In this document: one piece after another, positions 26,591 to 39,900 of the stretch
Layout: each line of letters starts with the position of its first letter
Numbering within the stretch: the first letter of the stretch is position 1
NCBI GenBank assembly: GCA_973895155.1
Contig: OZ316892.1
Location: 10,272,283-10,336,282, forward strand
DNA: 64,000 nucleotides
Origin: Marsupella aquatica
Lineage: Eukaryota; Plantae; Marchantiophyta
Reading direction: 5' to 3'
The notes under the pieces: model-generated
Databases searched by the model: none
The model's input: only the letters and a program-made list of their open reading frames with translations
Told to the model about the DNA's origin: nothing
Position numbers and translations under genes: made by a program

Positions 26591-27049
26591 AGGAATTTGT
26601 CCCGGAAGTATAATGAGTACAACTAGTCGCGATTACCCCTTCTTTGAACGTGAATAGCGGAGAGGATAACAAAAGTGTTAGCAAAATATATTCTCTATTC
26701 ATATTCTTTGAAGGTTAATGAAATGATATGACCCTGAATGTAAATACTTAGAAATTATAAAAAAAAACTTGCGTGTACTGATATATATCATAGTCATGAG
26801 TTTTTTCCATCCACATGATGGCCATGGCATTACAGTCTAGAGGCTTCACTCTAGACCTAAGCTCTTAAAAGTAGACTTCAGTTGGCGTTTTTATAGTCAG
26901 ATTTACCTAAGAACATCCAGGTAGAGTGGTGTAAGAAGTGCAAGCTATATAGGTACAAGCTTACACTTCAATCAGTAATGGCTAGGGAGAGAGAAGACCA
27001 GGATCTCTTTCCTTTTTTAATAGTTTTTCCCTTTCTAAGACAGGTTGGT

Positions 27050-28110
27050 TTGTTGTTATTTTGTTTTTTATGAGATCATAATTGTTTTTGGGTGGTTCTT
27101 GTGTGGTGGGGCTTGTTTTTCCATGTGGGGAAAGAGAGGGGCAACTTGTTTGAAGGCGCCAGTATTTTGGGGTTGATTGTTACTTGTATGGAGACGTAGG
27201 GTGCTTATTTATCTTGGCCCCCTTTGACTCTCTTTAGCCTGTCGGCACCATGGGAGCCCTCTTGAATTGCTGTTACATTATGATGTAGTCCCACAACATT
27301 GTTTTGCACATCGACTAGTTTCCGCAATGACATCTTTTGCACAATGTTATCATTTCCACATGACATGGTGGCATGCACTGAACCCCTAAATGTAATCATA
27401 CATGGTCAACAGTAGTGTAATACCACCTCCTTCCATGACGTACCAAGGTGCTTCTACAACTAAGTTGCTTCAAGTCCCTATTAGAGCGGCTCAAAATTGG
27501 ATGATTCCTGCATATTAATAACTTCTTCCTGCAACTCAAGAGTTATAGAACTCCCATAAAAGTTGTGGAAACTAATATCTGGCTCCCCTAAGGAAGGCCA
27601 AGGGCTCAAGGCTTAACCAACAACCACCACTTTCCAGTGACTTGAGGTGCAAATTCATAAATCCAGAAAGATGCAATTGAAGGCACCTGGGCTTTGGGCC
27701 TCATGTGAGGATGCCTACTGCATTCAGAGTGGCAAATGAACGAGACAGGAGGAAAAAGGATACATTCTGCCAGACTGATGTGAGGCAGTAACGTCTCCCT
27801 CATTGGATGAGTCAATCTTGCTTCCCCCTGATTTTTCAAAATCAATAACTTGGTCCTGTAACCTGAGTTGCAGAACTAACCCCAAACTCACAACTCAGGC
27901 CCACCAGCCTGTGACACCTTAGATCAAACCCGAGCAATGAGGTTTTGAACACATGGTTAAAGATTTCCAGGCCTCTTTAGCTGGCACCGGTGCAACATGC
28001 GTAGCATGGGGCCAAAACCCAGATGCATGCCCGAAAACCTTCGAGCAAATTTTGCCTATGGCAGCGCCGCTCCTGGAAACTGGTGCGGATGCTCTTAGTG
28101 TCTCATAAGA
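27050..28110 (-). mobile_element. Possible degenerate L1-like LINE 3' end
   Basis: Frameshifted minus-strand pieces (GFRACIW, HRCQ, EIFNHVF) resemble a zf-RVT region, followed by an A-rich minus-strand tail. Very decayed. Confidence 0.3.
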
Positions 28111-28286
28111 CACCAGTGAAGACTCCCAGAAAAGCTTGAATTGATAGTCTTGGGGTTAGGTTAGTCTACACCAGTGAAGACTCCCAGAAAAGCTCAAACT
28201 ACTAAACTAGTCTTGGGGTTAGGTTAGTCTACACCAGTGAAGACTCCCAGAAAAGCTTAAACTAGGCTTGAGGTCAGGTTAGTCTC
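28110..28286. repeat. ~60-bp tandem repeat x3 just upstream of the 28338 gene
   Basis: acaccagtgaagactcccagaaaagct...ggttagtct occurs three times. Confidence 0.9.
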
Positions 28287-28337
28287 GCATTTGGCAGACA
28301 GACACAGACAGAGAGGTGAGGGAGAAAGAGGTGAGCT

Positions 28338-28931
28338 ATGGCGTTAGGCTGCAACCTGTTCACATGTGTAGCAGCCCACCCCAATTCCTTCAACAGCGCA
28401 GCCTGCCCCTTCAGGCTCCATCGCCATCTCTCTGCCGCCATTTCTGCACCATTTGAGCAGAAAGAGCAGAGATTCTTGACATGGGCATTCCGTGGATCTG
28501 TGGAGACCAAAGCCCAGAAGCTCATAATGCTGCAACACAGACGAAGCGAGCTCAGCTGCAATGCAGAAGTGGCGAGTGGGGAAGGTGCACGAGGGGCGGA
28601 GATTGGTGGGGCTGAAGAAGTAGCAGTGCCTGATTTCGATATTTCTTGGTTGGAAGCTTATACGGATCGCTTTCGTGGGGAGGTCTTGTGTATCAACGCT
28701 CTGTTGGAGGATGAGGAGGAAGAAGATCAGGTGCTTGTGTTCAAAGGGTTCTCTTCATCTCTGATTCGAGCAACGCCTGACGATCCCTCGGAACCAATTC
28801 TTCCCCCAACTTCAGTGATCCAGAGCATCGACAGAATGCGGGCCCCTTACAACCCGTCTCAACCTCAGTACATAGATCAGGGTTTAAGCTGGCAGGAATT
28901 CCATCAATTGTTGGAGGAGAAAGGCCTGTGA
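28338..28931 (+). CDS. Conserved plant/cyanobacterial protein of unknown function (DUF7734-like), probable plastid transit peptide
   Basis: Intact 197-aa ORF. C-terminal LE.YT...EVL...D.VLVFKGFSSSL..T..DP..P.LP....I.SIDR...PYNP..PQYI..GL.W..F is a conserved cyanobacterial/plant domain. The N-terminus is Ser/Ala/Arg-rich. Confidence 0.8.
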   Translation: MALGCNLFTCVAAHPNSFNSAACPFRLHRHLSAAISAPFEQKEQRFLTWAFRGSVETKAQKLIMLQHRRSELSCNAEVASGEGARGAEIGGAEEVAVPDFDISWLEAYTDRFRGEVLCINALLEDEEEEDQVLVFKGFSSSLIRATPDDPSEPILPPTSVIQSIDRMRAPYNPSQPQYIDQGLSWQEFHQLLEEKGL

Positions 28932-29095
28932 ATCGACAGATGTCCGTGTATATATAGAGCACAGTTTAAGCTGACAGGAGTTCCATCAATTGTTGGAGGA
29001 GAAAGGCCTGTGAACAGAGCGATGTCCTTGTACATAGAGCAGGGTTTAAGCGGGCAGGATTTCCATGAATATTTGGAGGAGAACGGCAGTGAATT
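28860..29095 (+). repeat. Three degenerate tandem copies of the gene's 3' end
   Basis: tatagagca.ggtttaagc.g.cagga.ttccat.aat..ttgg.ggagaa.ggc.gtgaa is repeated twice after the coding copy. Confidence 0.85.
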
Positions 29096-29978
29096 GAGCG
29101 TTCTCCTTTGTTCCTGTGGCTTGTCAAATTACTTTAGCAGGGCAACGAAATCTACCTCTGTAAGTGTGCTGTTAATAGGATCCCTTTTGACATGGATTCA
29201 GGCGTTCATCGCCGAATTGGAGACCTTGAATTCAATCAAAGCTTCCGATTCAAATTGAATTTAGAGTGACCCCTCGACCTGTTTGAATATCGTGCCGCTT
29301 CACCTCTGCTATTGATCTCTTCTTTGTCCCAATAAGTTCAGCTAAAAGGTCATCATAGACCTAGTTCAATAGCATGCCGTCACCTCTGCCGCTGATTGCG
29401 TCGTTGGCCCAATGAGTGGAGCTAAGGGGTCATCAGCGACGTACTTGAATATCGTGACTTCACCACTGTTAGTGATCTCCTCTTTGGCCCAATGAGGTGA
29501 GCTGAAATGGTCATCGAAGCTGGGAGGGCATTTTCCTGCCTGGCGTAGCGAACTGCTCACCTCAGTTCACTTCTATCAGTGTAACACGAGACAAGGTGTT
29601 CAAGAGGCTTTGCGAGATGGCGAAAAGGCTCTCGACAGTTTTTCAAGACGTCGTCAACACTACGACGAAATTGCTAATATGTCGGGTTCCATGTTCCAAA
29701 CGAAAATGTCGTATACGAATGTTACTTTGTTTGTGTGTTGGTCTTGTCTGCGTCACCTTTTCCCAAACAAACAAGTTCTTCTGGTGAGAGTACACTGTGA
29801 AAGGCATATCATACCCAGAAACAACTCGGTTTTGACAACGCTCTCAGTGATCCAGAGTTTTCCTGAGTGGTATGAATACCCCACCTGACAAATGCATCCG
29901 CCTCCGTGAATTGGTGGGTACAAGATCGAAGACTGTCTTGCGGTTTTGTAAAAGTTTCAACAATAAAGTTATCCTTAA

Positions 29979-30669
29979 TGTAAAGGGGCCAAACTCAAGG
30001 CCAGAGTCCCTATTTGGTCTTTTAAGTGAGTTTCCTTAAACTCTCCTAAAGTTCCCTTGTAAGAACTGAGTCAAGTAAATAAGCAGGTGAGTTAAGAGAG
30101 TTAACCTCCCACTTGAGTTAGAAGATACCCGATGGAGGCAAGGATGGAGCGATGGAGGAACCAAAGCTGGGCTGCAGTGCTCAGCAGCTCGAAGCTATGG
30201 AGGGCTGGGCAATGTCAGGCCTGAGCAGCAGCGATGGAGGCACAATCAGGGGCACGATGCAGTGTGGAGCAATGGAGGCAAGGAAGCTAGGCAGTGCTCG
30301 ATCAGCAGCTTGAAGCTATGGAGGGCTTGAGCAATGTCGGGCCTGAGCAGGAAGGCACGATGCAACATTGGAGGCACGATGGGCCTGGGCAGGAAAGAGC
30401 AGAACGTCCTGGCACTAACTCACGGCTGGCACTAACTCGCGGCTGACACTAACTCGCGGTGAGAAGGGCCCGACACTGTTGGAAGGACAAAAAAGGGGAT
30501 TCACCATGTTTCTCGCCCCTGAGTACTTGAAGTTTCCATTTAAGTTAACTCACCCTTTAATTTAGGTACAAGTCACGACCAGTCGCCCTTAATCACTCAC
30601 ATTGCGGATAACTTTAATTGGTAATATTCGCCGCTCAAACAAGTTCATCGGTTATAGTGTAACAAGGAT
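29979..30669. mobile_element. Possible solo-LTR-like insertion with internal tandem repeats
   Basis: Starts TGTAAAG after cttaa. ...gtgtaaCA at 30664, with cttaa again at 30670-30674. Internal ~120-bp duplicate (cagcagct.gaagctatggagggct) and a 17-bp triple (g.cactaactc.cggct). The end is imperfect. Confidence 0.4.
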
Positions 30670-31571
30670 CTTAATTTCACGGACCCACAGCTTTCAGAAA
30701 AGACGCAAGTACACATCCTCCATATGATTTGATACCAGCTCTCATAATTCTGAAACCGCATAAAGCCATCGTTTGGACACTGCAAGGCCAAATTACCGTA
30801 TTTATCCGTGGTGAAATAAGACGTAGGACAATAGGCAGTATAACTCGTGCTGTCACTGGATCTGAGAAACTCTGAGAGAAGAAATCCACATCACATGCTC
30901 GCAGCACAACTATATCCACGAAGATTCAGAATAATCTCCCCAAGTGGTACTCTGCAACAGGACAGCATCTTAAGACGAGTCCTTCGTGAGCTAAACACCG
31001 AAGGAATATCACCAATCTCCAAATTCACAACTGCCTCTAAAACTGTTTTGTAAAGCACCCTGGAGGACAGTCCGTAATGGTGGCTGCTCAAGCTTTCGTT
31101 AGCAGATTCAGCTAAATTCTGATTAACTTTACTCTGAACGGGGTCGGTCCACTCCTTAAGAACGGCAGATAGAAAGTAGGTCCAGTAATACACGCTATTT
31201 GTCCCGACAAACTCCAATCTTTAACCAGCAAAGATATGACTATTCTGACACGTTTGCTAGAAACCCACTCTCACCACTAGAGAGCGTGACCAAGACCTCT
31301 CAACAATGCAACCATAACTAATTCGGTCAGAAGGTTATCATTACTCTTGGTAATCTAAACAGTCCAGAGACCAGTTGCACTCTCCAAGGAGGTTGCTTCC
31401 TGTATACACAGAGGGCTATTATAGACTCTCGTGAATCTCAGTCATTCGCTGAATGGCCATCCCTTTTAGAGGAACGATCTCGTCTTGACCTAGAGCCAAC
31501 GTTCCGACTATTCAGTTTGAGACTTTTGAATGTGTTGGTCAGTTAATCTCTCAGAAGGTGTCTCACTGATT

Positions 31572-34500
31572 TCACTCTAAGCGCCGGATAACTGACTCAG
31601 AAAACTTCTGTTGTCTGCGCACACAAACACATATGAAATGTCCATCAGCTAACCTGCACTGTACTGATTCACAAATTCTCCCAGTGGAAGAGACAAAATG
31701 AGGAGTTCCTAGCTATGTAGGTGTATAACCTTAGTCAATAAGAAGCGGACCTATCAAGTCAAATGATTACTTACTTTTTCTCAGTGAGCTTGATACTAGG
31801 CCTGTAGTACTTCAGGTAACCATCCCAAGGAACTTTTTTGATTCCTGCTCTGTCCGCTATCAGGTCACGAACCCTGTTAAGAAAAACTTCAGTCGTCCAC
31901 TCTTTACATAATATATTTTCATTTGCAAGCACTTCCATCGTGGTCAAGATTCCAGTGCCAGTATGTAAGCTGAAACTGATCTCAGTTGGCCACTGGAACT
32001 GAAATGAAACTTAATGGCAATTGACCACTCCAAGTATGAAATCATTGTGAAAGAAAGGTAGGTAATATGAGAGACGCACCTTTCAGCAAATTCAATGGGT
32101 GTTTCACCCTTTTGGAGGGTTTGAGGTTCAAGGTACCACACATCGCAAACCACCGCCCACGACGTCATGAGGCGTATCAAATGCATGGTGAATGATTGCC
32201 TGCCAAAACACATTGAGTAGGTTTCAAAAGACAATAATGACATTAACTCATGGGATTGTTGCTGTCGACGTCATAAACGAGGGTAAGTTCCAGAATCTCG
32301 CAATCATGAGAAGGCAGACAACAGTCTTAACGATATCGTAAGCTCTCCTTTTCTAATGTTTCAATGGTCACCCTCCGTCGTCTCTGGAAATCCTCCCTAA
32401 AAAGTCCAAAAGGATTCCCTAAATCCGACTAACGTCACTTTCTTCTATCTAACATGAAAGAGCCTCTGGCAAGGAACCTCCGCGCGTGTACATTGTACTA
32501 CTAGAGACTATTGTAAACCACGAGAGCATATGCACGCTCTTAGAATCAAGAGCATGGATTGGGGTCCCTTATAACATTAAACAAACTTATATTCCAGCGG
32601 AAGCCCTGAACATATCAATCAATCAATATCTATATACACATCCATATAAACAAAATTGAGCCCTGAGAGGGCTAGTAGAACATCACAGAGAAAGGGAAAA
32701 TACTGAAGACCGGGGGAACTCTACGACGTCGATATGGAGAGCATACTTCTTGCTGTTCCAGAAAGCATCAACAAAAATCTTGTTGTACTTAATGGCAATC
32801 GGACACACTGTGCAGTCGAGTTCAAAAGCACCCTGACACAAGCACAAGTATGTTAAAACCGTCGCAGAAATACAGATACAACAGTACAGCAGCCATCAAA
32901 GTAAGAAGCCTAGATGAAGTGACATGCCGATATACCTTCTTGAACATCACCGTGTACTCGTTGTTGACGCATGTTCCTTCTGGGAAAACAAGCAATGGAT
33001 TGCTTTTAGGATTTTCAACGTGGTGCTTGAGCCTGAAAGATCCATGAGCCATGCAAAGATATCAGCATTATACATGACCCTTTGCACCTTGAAGGAAGGG
33101 TAAAAACTGGAGCAGGGAACTATCCAAAATAGTTACTTTGTTGTCAGGAAAGCATAATCGAGTAAGACCAGCAAGGGCTGGAAAGCAAAAATGACAACTA
33201 GACGTGTCGTCCTAATGAACCAGTCTTCAACTTACTTCTGAGCCACAATCATCCGGTCTTTAGATTCTGTGCGGTTGAACCAAATACACCCCAAGCTTTC
33301 CAAGACAGTACTCTGAAGCAGCCCTGAGAGGATCAGTTCAAATTTTAGCATGCTATCGTAAAATAGTTTGGAGCTGAATGGATAAGACGATATGGAAACA
33401 GAGAGCAAAGTGTCTTCAGCCTCAACAGCATCTCAGGTGACTTACCAACCCATCCAGGATGCTTTTGCATAATCACTGCAAATGCAGTCATTTGCTCCAA
33501 AATAATAAAATCAATCATGGACGTATGATTTGCCACAAAAACCTGGAGGCCAACAGAAACTAGATATAAGTCAATGAACATCTGCCAGCTCAATCAAACA
33601 CCCAATCAGTTTCAATAATCCATACCTTCATTCCAATACGTTAATGAAGATCAGGGGCATGCAGGCACCTTCATTCTGTATTGACATTATCTTTTTCTAT
33701 AAGACAGATCGAGAATCACAGGGCTCACCTGCTTGGCACGCCGACTGGGTTTGGGTCCGTGATACCGAACGACCCCAGTCCATGAGGCAACAAACACACT
33801 ACAGATGAACTCCACCAAACCCCGCTGTTGTCCACATCCAAAGAATGGAACAAACCAGGTAAGAAGAAAAATAGACTTAGCCCCGAACAGTTCGGACACG
33901 AGCAACCTAAAAGGTTTGAAAATTACAAGAGGCTTCGTTCTTTTATACAGAATTCTTGAAAGCTGACACCACCCTATCATGGGGCCAGGAACTCGGCCTC
34001 AAGAATTTATGGCCTTAGCAACGAGCACATGCATCAGACATGGCCTTCTTACAGAACCCACTTGCTCATCCCTACTCTGTCTAATAACCTGTGGTTTCGT
34101 CATATAACCCACCTCGAGCTTTTGCCGGAGCTCGTCGTGCTTCGTCATCCCAAAATGGACTGGAAGAAACAGTCCTAGGAAAATAATCCATCCTACAATA
34201 AGGAGAACCAGCCTGCAACACCCAACCAGTGAAAGGCTTGAGAAGTAACACCGGAGTTCGGCAACGCTACACCTATTCTTGTGGTCCGGAGTAAAGAAGA
34301 GTTGTGCATGCATCGAATAAACCAGTCAGAGAGGGGCATCTTATAAATGTACCTAATAGGAAACAAAATTCCGTATCGTATAATGACTCCACATATCCAG
34401 AGTGGGAATAGGTACATATTCCAGTTCCATGGCTCTGGAGCATTGGACTTGAAGCACCTTGTGAAAGAGTCCTGTCACATAAATGAAGGATATGAAGTCA

Positions 34501-35574
34501 ACAGCCTACATAATTGTCAGCAAGAAACTGGCAGTTAGAATCGAGGAGAAAGAAAGAGCGTGCATGCTAGAAGATGCTGTGTAAAACGTGTCATTATAGA
34601 ACTATCATGATCTATTAACCAGCATAAAAGACACTAAGCGGAATTAAAGAGCTTACGTCTATGATGGCACTTGCGGCCTCATTCAATGTAGGAGAAATGT
34701 CCAAAAGATCACGTCTGGTTGCCGTCAAGGAGAATGGACCATAATAGAGTATTAACTTACTTTAATCCACCCATGGAAGAAAGAGCATTCACACTAATCA
34801 GAAAATAGCTTGAGACCCAGTATGTATCGAAGCTCATGAAACAGAAATTGAAGCCAAACGAAATAAGACACCAGGAGCAAAAGTCAGATAGCATCACCCT
34901 GAAAAATCTTGACAATTTCGAATCATATTAAAGAATAGCTGAAGCTATCAAAAGAAACGTTTAACTGAGAATTCTGAACCAGCGAGGGAAACCCCAGCTC
35001 AAAAGGATCATCTCACATATTTACGTGCGTATGATACTTCTTCCTCGTTCAATTATTCTAACGATGATGTTCTCCATATTATCTGCTTCACATGATCTTT
35101 GGATAATAATACTAAAGGACCTTAACTGATCAATCTCCTTAATTGTGTCCGGTCTTCTAGACCTACACTGAGATGTGGAGCTCTGTCGATACAGTTCCGA
35201 GCTGAGAGCCGAGAATTCAGAGCATCACGTCTCTTTTGATAAATTGAATACAAAGGACTGAATAAATTGATGTTGGATTCGCTTTACGAAAATACAGACC
35301 TTGCTATGACACCCAAGACCACGTATGGCCTAAATCTGAGGAAAATGAAGAACACAGACGCCATCATCATGCACTGGACAGCACAAAGCCAGAGCAAAGC
35401 ACAGCAAGGAACACGATAAAACGGATACAGGAGTATTTTCTCATCTGTTTTGATCTCCAAACGGCCCGAGTCGACGAACAAGTCTTCAGCATGCCGCTGG
35501 TACAAATTGATTTCAGACAACGACGGTCTGAACAGAGACGCGTCTCGCTCTTCTCCAACCGGGCTGTCAGCCAT
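31572..35574 (-). CDS. GPAT9: Glycerol-3-phosphate acyltransferase 9 (ER GPAT), 12 coding exons
   Basis: GT-AG exons: 35574-35429, 34714-34657, 34471-34353, 34212-34113, 33824-33729, 33542-33446, 33323-33236, 33032-32936, 32832-32747, 32199-32080, 31873-31775, 31614-31572. Motifs RDLLDISP, DSFTRCFKS.PEPWNWN.YLFPLW, VFVANHTSMIDF (HxxxxD), FPEGTCVNN, KYNKIFVDAFWNS, WDGYLKY.RPS. Confidence 0.96.
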
Positions 35575-35670
35575 CCCTTACCAGTCAATTCATTCTCCGT
35601 CTGCTGCTCTACCCCCTCCGCCTCCTCCCCTCTTTTCAACTCAGCCACAGAATCAACGAATCCTGCCAAG

Positions 35671-35800
35671 ATATTGCAGATCAAATCAACCTCTCTCAGT
35701 CAATCAATCCACCAGTGCTACAGCCAGTCCAACTAACATATTGCAGATCAAATCAACCTTTCTCAGTCAATCAATCCACCACTGCTACAGCCAGTCCAAC
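35671..35800. repeat. ~67-bp tandem duplication in the GPAT9 5' region
   Basis: atattgcagatcaaatcaacct.tctcagtcaatcaatccacca.tgctacagccagtccaac occurs twice. Confidence 0.9.
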
Positions 35801-36137
35801 GGTACCGTAAGAAACACATGGTACTCTTCTTTCTCCACCATCTCACCCGTTTTCGAACCCCCGCCCCCCGCACTAAGCTTGAGCTTGACCTCTTCTTCCA
35901 CCCATAGCTCGCCCCGCCCCTAAATCATTCTCGTCTTGGAAAGAACGCCACTCTCTTGATTCGATCAGTCTCCGGGTGGAATTGGAATGGAATGGAAGGG
36001 AAGGGAAGGGAAGAAGAATGCAAAAATGGACGAAGCAAAATGATCGAGCGAAAGACGGAAATGGGGTTCTACAACTGGAATCTCTCCTTGGACATACAGG
36101 AACCAGAGCCACAGCATCGAGGGGCCAAGGTAAAAGC

Positions 36138-36900
36138 GCCCCCAATCCCCCATTCGCCCCCTTTCAAGGGGCCCTCAAGAAGCAGTCCAGTTTGATTGGC
36201 TCCCATTCTCAGGGAGGCCCACTTTGCTCTGCCCAAGTGCCCTGCACCCCTCCTCCAAGTACAGTGCAATAGGGGGTCTCAAAGCTCCAAAGTTGATGAT
36301 GATGTCTTTTGGTACACAAACAAATGGCTATAGCTTTTTCAAAGGGTTGTGTAAAAGTTTGTTTTTTTTCAAGCGCCCCCCTACAGTGACTTATGACCAA
36401 TTTTCATGGCAAAAACCCCCCTACAGTGACTTATGACCAATTTTCATGGCAAAAAGTTATGTATTATGAATTTAGTGGGCCATAACTTTTTCTGTCCATA
36501 ACCTTCACTATCAAGCTAAGGTATATCAAATTTTGAGGTTTGAGACCCCTTATTGTGTGATTTATGTAAAGGCCTATGTACTTGGAATATAAAGCTCCCA
36601 TGGACACAAGGTTGGTTTTGTAACGCCCCATTTGCCCCCTTGCACGCCACCCTTGAGAGGCAGTCCAGTTTGATAGGTTGGCATTTTCAAGGAGGGACAG
36701 TTTGCTCTGCCTAGTTGCACCTTGCTATAAGTTGCACCCCCTATAAATGCAAGATCTGGCTTATATAGCCCCCAATCCCCCATCTAACCCCTGTCAAGGA
36801 ACACTCAAGTAGCAGTCCAGTGAGAGTCCAGTTTCATTGGTTTACATTTTTTGAGAGGTACAATGCGCTCTTCCTAAGTGCACCCTCCTGTAAGTGCAGT
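36138..36900. repeat. Three diverged ~130-bp repeats upstream of GPAT9, interrupted by a MITE
   Basis: ccccaatcccccat...gcagtccagttt.attgg...tgctct.cc.a.gtg..c near 36140, 36625 and 36770. Confidence 0.75.
36267..36555. mobile_element. MITE with ~25-bp TIR CAATAGGGGGTCTCAAAGCTC
   Basis: caatagggggtctcaaagctccaaa ... ttttgaggtttgagaccccttattg. Internal ~40-bp duplication at 36376-36455. No clear TSD. Confidence 0.7.
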
Positions 36901-39900
36901 ATCTGGTTTACAGCAAGCCCATTGTACAACGTAAAGCTCCTGTAGACACACACGTTAGTTAGTTAGTTAATGTTTGGTTTGTGTCTGTTGGGGTTTAGTG
37001 AGGGGTATGACTACCATGCGAGGAAACAGGAAAAAAAATGCTCGTAACAGGATTTTATTTGCTGTAAGAAGGTTTTTTTTGGCAGAATGGGCCCTTTTTC
37101 TCTCATAACAAGGTTCAGATGTCAACCCGCTAGTAATAACTTGCCTCGCTAGCCAAAAATGGCCGAGCAGTTTGTTTGGATTTATCAGAGAAGGTCCTGT
37201 AAGCTAAGCACAATTCAGGCAAACATTACTAACGGTCTGGAGTTCTACTTTTCATTTCCAACTAGGGGATCGACATGGGCAATCATACACATTAGACCAC
37301 CCCACTACAAACATGATATTACACCTTATGACGGGAAAATAACCTCGTCATTCATAGTCTGATACAATCACACCTCATTCAATAATGTAATATGATTCAG
37401 GCATCCTATTTAGTATGCACAAGGAAAAACAACAAGAGTGTTTCTCTGAATAACCACCATTTGTTCAAATAATACACTATAAATGAACTCTTTTAAAAAT
37501 GAAGGCTAGCGACCTCGCTAGCAAAAAAACAACCAACATATGGTATTTTTGTATATGCTTGAAAAGAACATTCCTTTATTAATGGAAATATCTATGCTCA
37601 CAACTTAGAAACAAAATATTCTACTCCTTATGGTCATGATATCATGGTCAAAATATCTCACCCTCTGAGAAATCTAAATTAATTAAAACAAAATCCAACT
37701 TACTTCTCACTTAAAAACAAAACTCTTTCCAAAGAGGACCTGTCCATCTCAAACCTCAATTGCCCGTTGAGTAAGATTGGAAATTTCAGCTATGGTTAAA
37801 ATAGGCTGCTTAACAATATCATCACTATCCAAGTTCAAATTAAACGGTAAACATTCTTAAAAACCCAAAGAATATGTTTGCAAGACATATAAGGTTTTCC
37901 ATGCAAATGCCTCTTGAAGAAATCTGGACAGGAACAACAAGGAAAAGAGCACAACTGAATCCAATATTTACTCGACTTACTTGGATTGTTTTCATGAGTA
38001 GCAATCAAAAACTGTGATCCCCATCCGTTTCCTTGGATGACTTTCTCAGAAGCTACGACCCTCATTTGTTCGTCATTTGCAGCCTGAATCCTTTTCAAGA
38101 GTTCTCCTGTGAAGTTGAAACGTTGTCGAGTACCTTTTCCATTCCGTGTCTTCATTCGTCTATTTGGGTAGGTTACATCAACCTTCTCTGGAAAAGAGTT
38201 CACGTCAATGCGAAGTTCCACCCGGTAATTTGGAGGAGAAACAATGCCATCTGGTTGGCAGTCCATGTAGTAGAGACCCTCAATTTGAAAACCCATCTGA
38301 ATCAAGAAGTTGATTTCAGGAGGTGTCAACCCTGTCCCTCGATGAACTTTCAGAGATTCAGGAACTAAAGGAAGTTGGGAAATCGACTTGCGACCCCTTG
38401 TTTTGTGATAGATATTGTTTGGACAGAAGTACAGAAGTTGAGTGTGCAGCGAAGTGATTCTCAAACCGTGGATGGCAACCCCAACAACACCGCATGATCT
38501 TTTGTGATACCCGACTTCCTTGATGAAGTTCCTACACTCGTCTCTTCCAGAAATGGTTCGATCCATAGACCCATTGCAGACTGGACCATTTCCGTTTCCA
38601 CACCTCTGGAAGTGCCAAGTCCCAAATGGTATGTCTACTTCATGTACAGCTGGTATTCACCGAGGTGGAATATGAATCGGTTCCCCTGTACCAAGAGGAG
38701 ATACAGCTTCTTCATGCAACGGCCTTGGAATTTCTTGAGTGTCATCAATCGACATATCAGTGCCATTTTCTTCATTATCAGAAAGAAGGATCACAACGGA
38801 TGGGTCCGAAACAACTTCTGGACCTCTAGACGACATTGAGTGATGGAGTATTCCGGAAGTTTCCAAAACATCTTGCTTATCTTCCACCACTTTCACACTT
38901 CCAAAATCCGAATATAGATTTCTAGGATGTACCCCCCTGGTCACTGCCTCGGTTCGCATTACCCTATCATGTCGATGAGAGTCTTCAGCACCAATTCTTG
39001 CCGAAGCAGGACCTTTTCGCTTTCCAGACTTTGTGCAAAGATCCCCGTGAAGTGGTTGGGTACAATGGAAATCGTACTTTGGAGATGACTAAAGCAAAAG
39101 ATTTGATGCTTTCTCGAAAGCATCAAGAGATCCAAGAGTATCTGCATTCCGATATGCAAGTTCAAAAATGGTTGGTCCATGTCCCCTGTGACATCCCTAA
39201 ATGTACGCAGCAAACACAGCAATCTGTTCACCAGCTCAATTTTGATCCAATTCACAAGCTTCCAACAATCCGATCTTCCTCTTCATTTGACAGGCTCTCA
39301 TTGACGCATGTACAGATTCTGCTCCAGTACAATTTGGCATCAATGCTGACTCCTTTGTTGTTTGAGTCTGAAATCCAATACAAAAACAACATAAGATTGT
39401 GTATCATGATGAAAGGGCCACAAACATAAACTCCCACTTAACCAGAATGCTAGCGACCTCGCTAGCCAACTCAAGTGGTTTACTTCACTTACCAGTCTGA
39501 AGTAGTTTCCCCACTATCGCCAACGAACAACCCACTAGGCAATCCAGCCTTGCAAAGCCCTCAATTTACCATGATGACAATTCCCAGATTTCCACCACTC
39601 TTGAATCTCGTTTGCCACTCTGTATGCCTCAACATATGTTGGAGCATTCCAAAATTTCTCCCACATCTTGTAATGCTCTGAATGTTTCCCGTCACGAATT
39701 CCCTCCAATGTATGACGTCTCAGAGACTGAGACAAATGGAATGCATCACTATGTTCTCTTTCTGGGAACCGGACACCATCAAAGAAAACATTTCTCACAG
39801 CAATCCATCCAGCTTCAGCATTGTCAGCCATAAAACCTGTTATCTCTACCTCACTAATACCATTCTCAGCAGCAACCTCCAACATTAAACGCCATGCAGT

